This document shows, piece after piece, positions 17,472 to 25,841 of a stretch of 32,000 nt of DNA; positions within the stretch are counted from its first letter, which is position 1, and each line of letters starts with the position of its first letter. A program made the translations under genes and the position numbers. Source of the stretch: an archaeon (GTDB lineage: Archaea > Iainarchaeota > Iainarchaeia > Iainarchaeales > JANQMZ01); assembly GCA_028279805.1 (NCBI GenBank), contig JANQMZ010000007.1:480001-512000 (forward strand), written 5' to 3'. The notes beneath the pieces are model-generated. The model searched no databases. It was not told where the DNA came from and was given only the letters and a program-made list of their open reading frames with translations.

Positions 17472-17555
17472 GCAGGGGTTCCCGAGTGGTCAAAGGGGCA
17501 GGACTTAAGATCCTGTGGCTTAGTGCCTTCGCAGGTTCGAATCCTGCCCCCTGCA
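17472..17555 (+). tRNA. tRNA-Leu, anticodon UAA
   Basis: Acceptor GCAGGGG (17472-17478)/CCCCTGC (17548-17554), anticodon stem CAGGA/TCCTG with loop CTTAAGA, long class-II variable arm, T arm GCAGG-TTCGAAT-CCTGC, discriminator A; 3' CCA not encoded. Confidence 0.96.
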
Positions 17556-17571
17556 TATTTTTGGTGATAAA

Positions 17572-17925
17572 ATGAATGCAACAGGTCCGACAAAGTTAAG
17601 CACGATAAAACTTGCAAGAGACTTAAAAAAAGAAAAGCAAAACATTTGGAAAGATCTGGCTAAAAGAATCACAGGAATAAGAAGAAACAGGGCAGAAGTT
17701 AATTTGTCAAAATTGTCAAAAATGGCTAAAAAAAACAAGGGAAAAATTTTAATTGTGCCCGGAAAAGTTTTAGGTTCGGGTTTAATGGAAGAAAAAGCAA
17801 CTGTTGCCGCTTTAAGTTTCAGTGAAAAAGCCGAAAAAGAAATAAATCAAAAAGGAAAAACATTAACATTATCTGAACTGGTCAAATCAAAAGAAAAGCC
17901 TTCACAAATGGTGATAATAAAATGA
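17572..17925 (+). CDS. rpl18e: 50S ribosomal protein L18e (eL18)
   Basis: MNATGPTKLSTIKLARDLKKEKQNIWKDLAKRITGIRRNRAEVNLSKLSK...ILIVPGKVLGSGLMEEKATVAALSFSEKA. Confidence 0.95.
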   Translation: MNATGPTKLSTIKLARDLKKEKQNIWKDLAKRITGIRRNRAEVNLSKLSKMAKKNKGKILIVPGKVLGSGLMEEKATVAALSFSEKAEKEINQKGKTLTLSELVKSKEKPSQMVIIK

Positions 17926-18341
17926 CTGAAAATATTGTGGATGCAAAAAACTGTGTATTGGGAAGAGTTGCTTCAATTGTAGCTGAAAGACTTTTAAAAG
18001 GAGAAAAAATTGTAATAATAAATGCAGAACAGGCAATAATTAACGGTTCAAAAGAAACAATTGTTAAAGCTTATAAGAGAAGAATTAATCTGCATGCAAA
18101 AGGAAATCCTGAAAAAGGACCAAAGTTTGCAAAAAGAAGAGCAGACATGCTTTTCAGACAGGCAGTAAAAGGAATGCTTCCTCAAAAAACCAAAAGGGCA
18201 AAAGAAGCTTTAAAAAACTGCCAAGTGTTTATAGGTGTTCCTTCTGAATTCAGAGAAAAAGAACATGAAAAAATTAAAAACTCTGAAATGCGTGAAAGAA
18301 AAAGATTTATGTCATTAGAACAGTTAAGCAGTATATTATAG
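17922..18341 (+). CDS. rpl13: 50S ribosomal protein L13 (uL13)
   Basis: VDAKNCVLGRVASIVAERLLKGEKIVIINAEQAIINGSKETIVKAYKRRINLHAKGNPEKGPKFAKRRADMLFRQAVKGMLP. Confidence 0.96.
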   Translation: MTENIVDAKNCVLGRVASIVAERLLKGEKIVIINAEQAIINGSKETIVKAYKRRINLHAKGNPEKGPKFAKRRADMLFRQAVKGMLPQKTKRAKEALKNCQVFIGVPSEFREKEHEKIKNSEMRERKRFMSLEQLSSIL

Positions 18342-18349
18342 GTGAAAAA

Positions 18350-18829
18350 ATGGCTGAAGAAAAAAAGAAAAAAGAAACAAAACCGGAAGTAAAAAAAGTT
18401 AAATTAAGGAAACCTTCTCCCAAAAAAAAAGCAACAGGAATTCATGTTAAAGCAAAAAAGAAAACATCTTCAGCAAGAGCGGTTATTAAAACAGGCAAAG
18501 GCATTATCAAAATAAACAAAAAAAGTCTTGAAATAATAAAACCAAAATATGTTAAAATGCTGATAAAAGAACCTTTAAGCCTGGCAGGTTCTCTGACAAA
18601 AGAAGTTGACATTAATGTTAAAGTTAAAGGCTCAGGCTTTATGAGTCAGGCAGTGGCAACAAGAGGTGCAATAGCAAAAGCATTGGTTGAATACTCAGCA
18701 GATGAAGAATTAAAAAACAAAATGCTCCAGTATGACAGGCTTCTTTTAGTTGATGATATCAGAAGAAAAGAATCCAAAAAACAGCTTGGAAGAGGCGCCA
18801 GAGCCAAAAAACAAAGCAGTAAAAGGTAG
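18350..18829 (+). CDS. rps9: 30S ribosomal protein S9 (uS9) with an N-terminal extension
   Basis: KKTSSARAVIKTGKGIIKINKKSLEIIKPKYVKMLIKEPLSLAG...VKGSGFMSQAVATRGAIAKALVEY...KQLGRGARAKKQSSKR. Confidence 0.95.
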   Translation: MAEEKKKKETKPEVKKVKLRKPSPKKKATGIHVKAKKKTSSARAVIKTGKGIIKINKKSLEIIKPKYVKMLIKEPLSLAGSLTKEVDINVKVKGSGFMSQAVATRGAIAKALVEYSADEELKNKMLQYDRLLLVDDIRRKESKKQLGRGARAKKQSSKR

Positions 18830-18840
18830 GTGAAAAAAAA

Positions 18841-19035
18841 ATGATTGTTCCAGTAAGATGTTTTTCATGTGGAAAAGTGATTGCAAACTATTTTGAAAAA
18901 TTTGAAAAAGCAGTAAAAGAAGGAAAAAAACCTGAAAAAGTTTTGGACGAACTTGGTTTGAACAGATATTGCTGCAGAAGAATGATTGCAAGCCACACAG
19001 ATTTAACTGATGAGGTTTTAAAATACAAAACTTAA
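18841..19035 (+). CDS. rpo10: DNA-directed RNA polymerase subunit Rpo10 (RpoN)
   Basis: MIVPVRCFSCGKVIANYFEKFEK...LDELGLNRYCCRRMIASHTDLTDEVLKY with CxxC and CC zinc ligands. Confidence 0.97.
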   Translation: MIVPVRCFSCGKVIANYFEKFEKAVKEGKKPEKVLDELGLNRYCCRRMIASHTDLTDEVLKYKT

Positions 19036-19052
19036 TTTAAGAGGTAAAAAAA

Positions 19053-19706
19053 ATGGCTGAAAAAACACTTGTTCCGACAAAACAATATTTGCAGACAGGT
19101 TCACACATTGGTGCAAGATTTAAAACAGGAGGAATGAAAAAATACATTTTCAAAAAAAGAAGAGACGGCTTAAATGTAATGGATGTTGAAACAATTGATA
19201 AAAAAATAAGAACAACTGCAAGTTTTTTATCACAATATGAACCTGAAAGCATTGTTGTTGTTTCGAAAAAACAATACGGCCAGGTTCCTGTTAAAAAGTT
19301 TGCAGAAGCAACAGGTGCACAAAAAATTTTAGGCAGGTTTATACCGGGAACTTTTACAAATCCTGAGGGAAAAAAATTTGTTGAACCCAAAGTATTGCTT
19401 GCAACTGACCCGGGTTCTGACTGGCAGGCAATAAAAGAAGCTGTAAAAATAAGAATTCCGGTTGTTGCATTGTGCAAAACAGATAATTCAACTAAAAATA
19501 TTGATATTGTTCTGCCAATAAACAATAATGGAAGGCAGAGTTTGGCTTTGGCTTACTGGCTTCTGGCAAGAGAATTTTTGAAAAGCAAAAAATTGATAAA
19601 AAAAGATTCAGATTTTAAAGAAAATGTTGAAAGCTTTGAATATCCTGTTCAAGGTGAAAAACAAAAAGAAAAAACATATCCGGAAAAAGCTGTAAAAACA
19701 GCTTAA
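19053..19706 (+). CDS. rps2: 30S ribosomal protein S2 (uS2)
   Basis: YLQTGSHIGARFKTGGMKKYIFKKRRDGLNVMDVETIDKKIRTTASFLSQYEPESIVVVSKKQYGQVPVKKFAEATGAQKILGRFIPGTFTNP. Confidence 0.96.
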   Translation: MAEKTLVPTKQYLQTGSHIGARFKTGGMKKYIFKKRRDGLNVMDVETIDKKIRTTASFLSQYEPESIVVVSKKQYGQVPVKKFAEATGAQKILGRFIPGTFTNPEGKKFVEPKVLLATDPGSDWQAIKEAVKIRIPVVALCKTDNSTKNIDIVLPINNNGRQSLALAYWLLAREFLKSKKLIKKDSDFKENVESFEYPVQGEKQKEKTYPEKAVKTA

Positions 19707-19718
19707 AAAGGGCTTTTT
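19687..19718 (+). terminator. Candidate hairpin plus T-run terminator after rps2
   Basis: AAGCTGT-AAAA-ACAGCTT (19687-19704), a perfect 7-bp stem spanning the end of rps2, followed by GGGCTTTTT. A separate TATA-like element follows before the next gene. Confidence 0.4.
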
Positions 19719-19773
19719 GCATTGTTTAAAAGACGAAACACGCGTAAAAACTAATTTAATAACTGAAAGGGGT

Positions 19774-19784
19774 AAATATAAATA
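19774..19784 (+). promoter_or_regulatory. TATA-like element upstream of the TrmB-like gene
   Basis: AAATATAAATA after a purine run, about 50-60 nt before ATG 19833. Confidence 0.4.
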
Positions 19785-19832
19785 TCAGGTTGACTCAATT
19801 ATTAGTATAGCGTTAATTGCGGGGCTTTTACA

Positions 19833-20567
19833 ATGAAAACTGACATTCACGAATTGCTTAAAAAACTTGATTTGACTGAATATGAATCAAAAACTCTTAA
19901 TACTTTATTTCAGTTAAAAGAAGAAAAAGCACCTGAAATAAGCAGAGATGCACAGGTTCCAAAAACAAGAGTTTATGATGTTTTGGATGGATTGGTTGCA
20001 AAAGGTTTGGTTATAGAAATTCAGGGGCGTCCTAAAAAGTACAGAATTGTTGAACCGTCAAAAGCTTTAACTATTTTAATGGAAAACAAAAAAGAAGAAA
20101 TGAAAAAGTTGCAGCAGCATGTTGAAGATTTGAAAGAGCAGGTTTCAAGCACTATTGACTTGGATGACGAAGAGGAAAAAGTTTTGAAAGTAAAAGACCA
20201 GAACGATTTTATGAGAATACTGGAACAGGAATTAAGAAATGCTAAAAATTCAGTAATAACTTTTACTGAAAAAACTGTAAAACACAATGCATTGAAAAGA
20301 GCTTTACAGGAAGCAAAGCAAAGAAATGTTCATGTTAAAATGCTGCATTCAAACAAGGATGATGATTTAAGCCATTATGAAAAACATGGTGTGGAAATAA
20401 AACATGTTGAACATGGTTTGGAAGCTTTTATTATTGATGATAAAAAACTGGTTCTTGCATTAAGTGATTTAAAAAAAGAAAAACCGGAATACCATTTTAC
20501 AATTTGGAACAAGTCACCAATGGTTCCGGCATTAGCTCATTATTTTGAGAAGCATTGGAATGAATAA
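19833..20567 (+). CDS. TrmB-family transcriptional regulator
   Basis: N-terminal wHTH LDLTEYESKTLNTLFQLKEEKAPEISRDAQVPKTRVYDVLDGLVAKGLVIEIQGRPKKYRIVEPSKAL, coiled coil, then a PLD-like C-terminal sensor region. Confidence 0.85.
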   Translation: MKTDIHELLKKLDLTEYESKTLNTLFQLKEEKAPEISRDAQVPKTRVYDVLDGLVAKGLVIEIQGRPKKYRIVEPSKALTILMENKKEEMKKLQQHVEDLKEQVSSTIDLDDEEEKVLKVKDQNDFMRILEQELRNAKNSVITFTEKTVKHNALKRALQEAKQRNVHVKMLHSNKDDDLSHYEKHGVEIKHVEHGLEAFIIDDKKLVLALSDLKKEKPEYHFTIWNKSPMVPALAHYFEKHWNE

Positions 20568-20605
20568 AAAGAAACAAATTTATTGAGCTTTAACCTATTT
20601 GTATC

Positions 20606-22264
20606 ATGTCAGAATTAAAAGAACAGGCATACAAGTATGCAATAAGAAACGCTTTTGCCCATAAAGGAAAAGCCGATTTGGGGGCAGTAATAGGCAAAAT
20701 AAAAGCACTTTTTCCTGACGTTGATTTAAAAACAGAAATGAATTTATTGCAGCAAATTGTAAAAGATGTTAATTCTAAAAATTTTGAAGAAATTGAAAAA
20801 GAGTTTAAAAAATTTGACAAAAAAGGATTTGAATTAACGGCAAAAGAGGAAAAAAAAGGTTTGCCTGAATTGGACTGGGCTTCCGGGGAAACTGTTGTAA
20901 CACGATTTGCTCCGAACCCAAACGGGCCTTTTCATCTGGGTAACGCAAGAGCAGCCGTTTTAAGCCATGAATTTGCACAAAAATATACGGGAAAATTTAT
21001 TTTAAGATTTGATGATACCGACCCAAAAGTAAAAAAACCGGTTGACAATGCTGAAGAACTTTTTAAAGAAGATTTGCACTGGTTGAACTGCAAAGAACAG
21101 GAAACATTTTTTGCAAGTGACAGATTGGATTTGTATTATGATTATATGAAAAAAGTTTTGGAAAAAAGAAAAGCATATGTTTGTTTCTGCAAACCAGATG
21201 AATGGAGAAAAAAAATTGCAAAATCAGAAGCATGTTCCTGCAGGGAAAAAAATGAAAAAGAACAATTAAAAGAATTTGAAAAAATGTTAAATAATGAATT
21301 AAAGGAAGGGGAAGCGGTTTTAAGAATTAAAACAGATTTAAAACACAAAGATCCCAGTGTGAGAGACTGGTGGGCTGCAAAAATTGTTAATAAACCGGAA
21401 CATCCTCGTGTTAAAAATAAATTTGTATGGCCGTCTTATAATTTTGCTTCCGCCATAGATGACCATGAAATGGGCATTACTCTGATTATTCGGGGGCAGG
21501 AACATGAACAGAACGGAACAAAACAAAAATTTTTATACGAATATTTTGACTGGAAATATCCTCACGAAATTTATATTGGAAGAATTAAACTGCAGGGAAC
21601 AGTTTTATCAACTTCAAAAATAAAAAAAGGCATTGAATCAGGAGAATATGCTGACTGGGATGATCCAAGGCTAGGAACAATTAAGGCTTTGAGAAGGCGT
21701 GGATTTGAAGCTGAAGCATTAAAACAGGCTTTGATTGAAACGGGCATTAGTTCAGTCGATTCAACAATTGAATGGAATCATTTAATTAATTTGAACAAAA
21801 AACTGATTGAAACAAAAAGTGAAAGAGTTTCTTTTATAAGCGATGCTGTAAGACTGGATGTTGAATTTGCTCCGGAAAAAAAAGTGCAAATTAATGGAAA
21901 AAATATTAATTTAAATCAGGGAACACAGCAATTTTATGTTGACAAAAAATCTTTTGAAAACATTAAAGAGGGAAAAACTGTCAGATTAAGGCAGGCTTAT
22001 AATGTCAGAATTAAACAAAAAGCTGATTTGCAGATTTTTGGAGAATTTTCAGGGGATACAAAAATTGAGCCGGTGATTGGCTGGATGCTTGAAACAATGC
22101 CTGTAGAATTATTAATGCCTGATGCTTCAAAAGAAATTGGTTATGCCGGCTCCGAGTTGCTGGATAAAAATGTCGGGGAATTAGTGTATTTGGACAGGCT
22201 TGGTTTTGCAAAAATTGAGCAAAAAAATGAAAAAATGGTTAAACTGATTTTTACACATAAATGA
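20606..22264 (+). CDS. gltX: Glutamyl-tRNA synthetase (archaeal type, GluRS)
   Basis: VVTRFAPNPNGPFHLGNARAAVLSHEFAQKYTGKFILRFDDTDP (HIGH-type motif), GIIRGQEH-like block TLIIRGQEHEQNGTKQKFLYEYF, LSTSKI motif. Confidence 0.95.
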   Translation: MSELKEQAYKYAIRNAFAHKGKADLGAVIGKIKALFPDVDLKTEMNLLQQIVKDVNSKNFEEIEKEFKKFDKKGFELTAKEEKKGLPELDWASGETVVTRFAPNPNGPFHLGNARAAVLSHEFAQKYTGKFILRFDDTDPKVKKPVDNAEELFKEDLHWLNCKEQETFFASDRLDLYYDYMKKVLEKRKAYVCFCKPDEWRKKIAKSEACSCREKNEKEQLKEFEKMLNNELKEGEAVLRIKTDLKHKDPSVRDWWAAKIVNKPEHPRVKNKFVWPSYNFASAIDDHEMGITLIIRGQEHEQNGTKQKFLYEYFDWKYPHEIYIGRIKLQGTVLSTSKIKKGIESGEYADWDDPRLGTIKALRRRGFEAEALKQALIETGISSVDSTIEWNHLINLNKKLIETKSERVSFISDAVRLDVEFAPEKKVQINGKNINLNQGTQQFYVDKKSFENIKEGKTVRLRQAYNVRIKQKADLQIFGEFSGDTKIEPVIGWMLETMPVELLMPDASKEIGYAGSELLDKNVGELVYLDRLGFAKIEQKNEKMVKLIFTHK

Positions 22265-22265
22265 A

Positions 22266-22320
22266 TTTTTTGCTTTTTAATTAGCTTTTTAAACCTTTTT
22301 AAGGCATTTTATATATTAAT
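22266..22320 (+). promoter_or_regulatory. T-run termination region followed by a TATA box (TTTATATA, 22308-22315) for the L7Ae cluster
   Basis: Repeated GCTTTTTAA and TTTTT tracts after gltX, then TTTATATATTAAT about 55 nt before the rpl7ae ATG. Confidence 0.5.
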
Positions 22321-22368
22321 TCGGTTTTTTTCACTGATTTTACCGATGACTTTTAGGAGGTATTTTTT

Positions 22369-22722
22369 ATGGAATTTGAGGTTCCGGAAGCGTTAAAAAA
22401 AGCACAACTTGACTTGGTTGAAAAAGTCAAAAAATCAAAAGGAAAAATTAAAATAGGAATAAATGAGGTAACCAAAGCTGCTGAAAGAGAAACAGCAAAA
22501 CTTGTCTTAATAGCAAAAGACACTGACCCTAAAGAAATTGTAATGCACATTCCTTTAATCTGCAAGGAAAAAAATATTCCGTTTTCTTTTGCTGATTCAA
22601 AAAAAGATTTGGGAAAATCCGCAGGAATACAGGTTGGAACAACTGCTATTGCAATAACAGAAGAAGGCGGAGTAAAAAAAGAAGTAGATGAACTGGCAAA
22701 AAAATTAAAAGAATTAAAATAA
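22369..22722 (+). CDS. rpl7ae: 50S ribosomal protein L7Ae (eL8; kink-turn binding protein)
   Basis: KIKIGINEVTKAAERETAKLVLIAKDTDPKEIVMHIPLICKEKNIPFSFADSKKDLGKSAGI. Start preceded by AGGAGGT. Confidence 0.97.
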   Translation: MEFEVPEALKKAQLDLVEKVKKSKGKIKIGINEVTKAAERETAKLVLIAKDTDPKEIVMHIPLICKEKNIPFSFADSKKDLGKSAGIQVGTTAIAITEEGGVKKEVDELAKKLKELK

Positions 22723-22732
22723 AGGTGAAAAA

Positions 22733-22951
22733 ATGGCTGAAGAAGAAAAAGGTTTTCCGGCAGAAGTGCTGGAAGTAACCAAAAGAACAGGAGTTCACGG
22801 AGAAATATTACAGGCAATGCTGAGAATTTTAGACGGGCCTGACAAAGGCAGAATTAAAAGAAGAAACATTAAAGGCAATGTTCAAAAAGGAGATGTTGTC
22901 ATTCTGCTAAACACTGAAAGAGAAGTGGGAGAAATAAAAGGCAAAAGGTGA
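22733..22951 (+). CDS. rps28e: 30S ribosomal protein S28e (eS28)
   Basis: FPAEVLEVTKRTGVHGEILQAMLRILDGPDKGRIKRRNIKGNVQKGDVVILLNTEREVGEI. Confidence 0.94.
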   Translation: MAEEEKGFPAEVLEVTKRTGVHGEILQAMLRILDGPDKGRIKRRNIKGNVQKGDVVILLNTEREVGEIKGKR

Positions 22952-22957
22952 AAAAAA

Positions 22958-23149
22958 ATGAAATGTTTTTTTTGCGGAATCGATGCAAGAGAAGGAACCG
23001 GAGTTCTGTACGTGACAAAAACAGGCAAAAAACATTTTTTTTGCTCTTCAAAATGTGAAAAAAATCAGTTAAAGCTTAAAAGAAAAGCCGGAAAGCAAAA
23101 ATGGACATTTGAACATCAGGAAATAAAAAAAGGAATTAAAAAGAGGTGA
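22958..23149 (+). CDS. rpl24e: 50S ribosomal protein L24e (eL24), C4 zinc-binding
   Basis: MKCFFCGIDAREGTGVLYVTKTGKKHFFCSSKCEKNQLKLKRKAGKQKW. Confidence 0.95.
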   Translation: MKCFFCGIDAREGTGVLYVTKTGKKHFFCSSKCEKNQLKLKRKAGKQKWTFEHQEIKKGIKKR

Positions 23150-23155
23150 AAAAAA

Positions 23156-23620
23156 ATGGAAAGAACTTTAATCATATTAAAGCCTGACGCGGTTAACAGA
23201 AGCCTTGTAGGAGACATTTTAGGCAGATTTGAAAAAAAAGGATTAAAAATTTCAGCAATGAAACTTGAACACTTGGAAAAACCAAAACTGGAAGAACATT
23301 ATTCTCATCACAAAGAAAGAGAATTTTTTCAGGAACTAATTGAATTTATGAGTTCAATTCCGTCAATTTTGGTTGTATTGGAAGGATATGAAGCTGTAAA
23401 AGTTGCAAGAAAACTTGTCGGAGCAACATCAGGAATTGACGCAGAACCGGGAACAATAAGAGGAGATTATTCACTAAGCAATCAAAACAATGTAATTCAC
23501 GCATCAGAATCAGCTGAAACAGCAGAAAATGAAATAAAACGCTTTTTCACAGAAAAAGAAATTTATTCATATGAAAAAATGGATTATGACCATTTGTATT
23601 CAAGCAAAGAAAAAAAATGA
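23156..23620 (+). CDS. ndk: Nucleoside diphosphate kinase
   Basis: MERTLIILKPDAVNRSLVGDILGRFEKKGLKISAMK...GTIRGDYSLSNQNNVIHASESAETAENEIKRFF. Confidence 0.97.
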   Translation: MERTLIILKPDAVNRSLVGDILGRFEKKGLKISAMKLEHLEKPKLEEHYSHHKEREFFQELIEFMSSIPSILVVLEGYEAVKVARKLVGATSGIDAEPGTIRGDYSLSNQNNVIHASESAETAENEIKRFFTEKEIYSYEKMDYDHLYSSKEKK

Positions 23621-23626
23621 TTCAAA

Positions 23627-24058
23627 ATGAAAATAAAAATAAAAAAAATAAATGAAGATGCAAAAATGCCCAGATATGCGCATGAAGGAGATGCAGGCAT
23701 GGACATTTATTCATCTGAAAATACTGAAATAAAAAAAGGCGAGGTTAAACTTGTTGGAACAGGTTTAACAATGGAAATTCCACAGGGCTATGAAGCACAG
23801 GTTCGTCCAAAATCAGGCCTGGCTGCAAAGCACGGAATTACTTTGCTTAACACTCCGGGCACAATTGATTCAGGTTACAGAGGAGAATTAAAGGTTATAA
23901 TGGTAAACCATTCACAAAAACCATATGTTGTTGAAAAAGGTTCCAAAATTGCTCAAATAGTTTTTGCAGCAGTTGAAAAAGCAAACGTGGAAGAAGTAAA
24001 AGAATTGAATGAAAGTGTAAGAGGAGAAGGAGGCTTTGGCTCAACAGGGTTAAAGTGA
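23627..24058 (+). CDS. dut: Trimeric dUTP diphosphatase (Dut)
   Basis: DAGMDIYS (motif 1), RPKSGLAAKHGI (motif 2), NTPGTIDSGYRGELKV (motif 3), GSKIAQIVF (motif 4), RGEGGFGSTG (motif 5). Confidence 0.96.
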   Translation: MKIKIKKINEDAKMPRYAHEGDAGMDIYSSENTEIKKGEVKLVGTGLTMEIPQGYEAQVRPKSGLAAKHGITLLNTPGTIDSGYRGELKVIMVNHSQKPYVVEKGSKIAQIVFAAVEKANVEEVKELNESVRGEGGFGSTGLK

Positions 24059-24064
24059 TTCAAA

Positions 24065-25828
24065 ATGATTAGAAAACCAATTATTTCAGTGTTAGGTCAT
24101 GTCGACCACGGAAAAACAAAATTATTGGACAGAATAAGGGGAACCGCGATTGCTGAAAAAGAAGCCGGAGCAATAACACAGCATATTGGTGCGACAGAGG
24201 TTCCGACACAAATAATTCAAAAAAGAGCAGGAAATTTAATAGAAAAATTTGGATTTAAATTAATTGTTCCGGGTTTGCTGTTTATTGATACGCCTGGACA
24301 TGAAGCTTTTACAAATTTAAGAAAAAGAGGAGGCAACATTGCAGATTTAGGAGTTTTAGTTGTTGATGCAACACAGGGAATGCAAAAACAAACAATTGAA
24401 GCAATTGAAATTTTGAAAAATTCAAAAACACCTTTTATTGTTGCATTAAACAAAATTGACAAAATAAACGGATGGAATTCTGAGAATGATTCTTTTATTA
24501 AAAATAACAAAAAACAATTGCCGGCTGTAAAAAAAGCATTGGATGAAAAAGTTTACGAATTAGTCGGAGAATTACACAAGTATGGTTTTAATGCGGAAAG
24601 ATTTGACCGGTGCAAAAATTTTACAAAACAAATTCCGATTGTTCCAATTTCTGCAGTAACAGGGGAAGGCGTTGGGGAGGTGTTGGTTTTGCTTATAGGA
24701 TTAAGCCAAAAATTTTTGAAAGACAACCTTGAAATAGACCAAAAAGAGAGAGCAATGGGAACAATTCTGGAAGTGGGAGAAGAGAAAGGATTGGGCACAA
24801 CAGTTGATGTAATATTATATGAAGGATTGTTAAATTTGGGAGCAGAAATTGTGGTAGGGGGAAAAAACGGCGCAATTGAAACAAAAATACGTTCAATGCT
24901 GGTTCCCGCACCATTGGAAGATATTGGAGATTCTTCTAAAAAATTTAAACCGGTGCAGCAGGTTTCAGCAGCAGCAGGGGTAAAAATAGTAGCACCAAAA
25001 CTGGAAGATTCACTGGCAGGAGCACCATTGCTTGTTGTAAACACAGGAAAAGAAAAAGAACAAATTGAAAAAGAAATTGAAAGCATTAAAATTGACAGTT
25101 CAAAAACGGGAATTATTCTGAAAACGGACACACTTGGCTCACTGGAAGCACTGGTTGGAATGCTTGAAGCTGAAAAAATTACAGTCAGAAAAGCAGATGT
25201 CGGAAATGTGACAAAAAAAGATGTAATGGAAGCATTAACAGTAAAAGAAAAAAATCCGCTGATGGGAACAATTTTTTCATTTAACACGGGAATAGAAGAA
25301 GGAGCAAAAGAAGAGGCAAAAAAAAGAGAAATTAAAATGTTCAAAGGAAATGTTGTTTACTCTTTAGTTGAAGAATACCAAAAATGGGTTGAAGAACAAA
25401 AAAACAAAACAAAAGAAAAAGGATTAAAAGAATTGGTTTACCCTTTCAAGTTTCAGACAATGAAAGGATTTGTTTTCAGAAATTCCAATCCGGCGGTTAT
25501 AGGTTCAAAAATTTTAGAAGGAAAAGTAAAACAAGGAGTAAGTGTTTTAAACAATGGAAAAAAAATAGGAACAATTAAAGGAATCGAAGATAAAGGCAAA
25601 AAAATTGAAATTGCGGAAAAAGACAAGGAAGTGGCCATATCAATCTCAGGAGCAGTAATTGGAAGAAACCTGAAAGAAGGGGACACGATTTATTCTTATA
25701 TTCCGGAAAAACAATTTGAAAAAATAGAAAAAGTTTTTGAATTAAACAAAGATGAAGAAATATTGTTAGAAGAAATAAAAAAAGAACAAAAAAAAGAAAA
25801 AGAAGAAGAGGTTTCCGTTTCCGGTTAG
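24065..25828 (+). CDS. infB: Translation initiation factor aIF5B (InfB-like GTPase)
   Basis: ISVLGHVDHGKTKLLDRIRGTAIAEKEAGAITQHIGATEVP, FIDTPGHEAF, NKIDKINGW; length and domain order as aIF5B. Confidence 0.97.
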   Translation: MIRKPIISVLGHVDHGKTKLLDRIRGTAIAEKEAGAITQHIGATEVPTQIIQKRAGNLIEKFGFKLIVPGLLFIDTPGHEAFTNLRKRGGNIADLGVLVVDATQGMQKQTIEAIEILKNSKTPFIVALNKIDKINGWNSENDSFIKNNKKQLPAVKKALDEKVYELVGELHKYGFNAERFDRCKNFTKQIPIVPISAVTGEGVGEVLVLLIGLSQKFLKDNLEIDQKERAMGTILEVGEEKGLGTTVDVILYEGLLNLGAEIVVGGKNGAIETKIRSMLVPAPLEDIGDSSKKFKPVQQVSAAAGVKIVAPKLEDSLAGAPLLVVNTGKEKEQIEKEIESIKIDSSKTGIILKTDTLGSLEALVGMLEAEKITVRKADVGNVTKKDVMEALTVKEKNPLMGTIFSFNTGIEEGAKEEAKKREIKMFKGNVVYSLVEEYQKWVEEQKNKTKEKGLKELVYPFKFQTMKGFVFRNSNPAVIGSKILEGKVKQGVSVLNNGKKIGTIKGIEDKGKKIEIAEKDKEVAISISGAVIGRNLKEGDTIYSYIPEKQFEKIEKVFELNKDEEILLEEIKKEQKKEKEEEVSVSG

Positions 25829-25841
25829 GAGGTAAAAAAAA

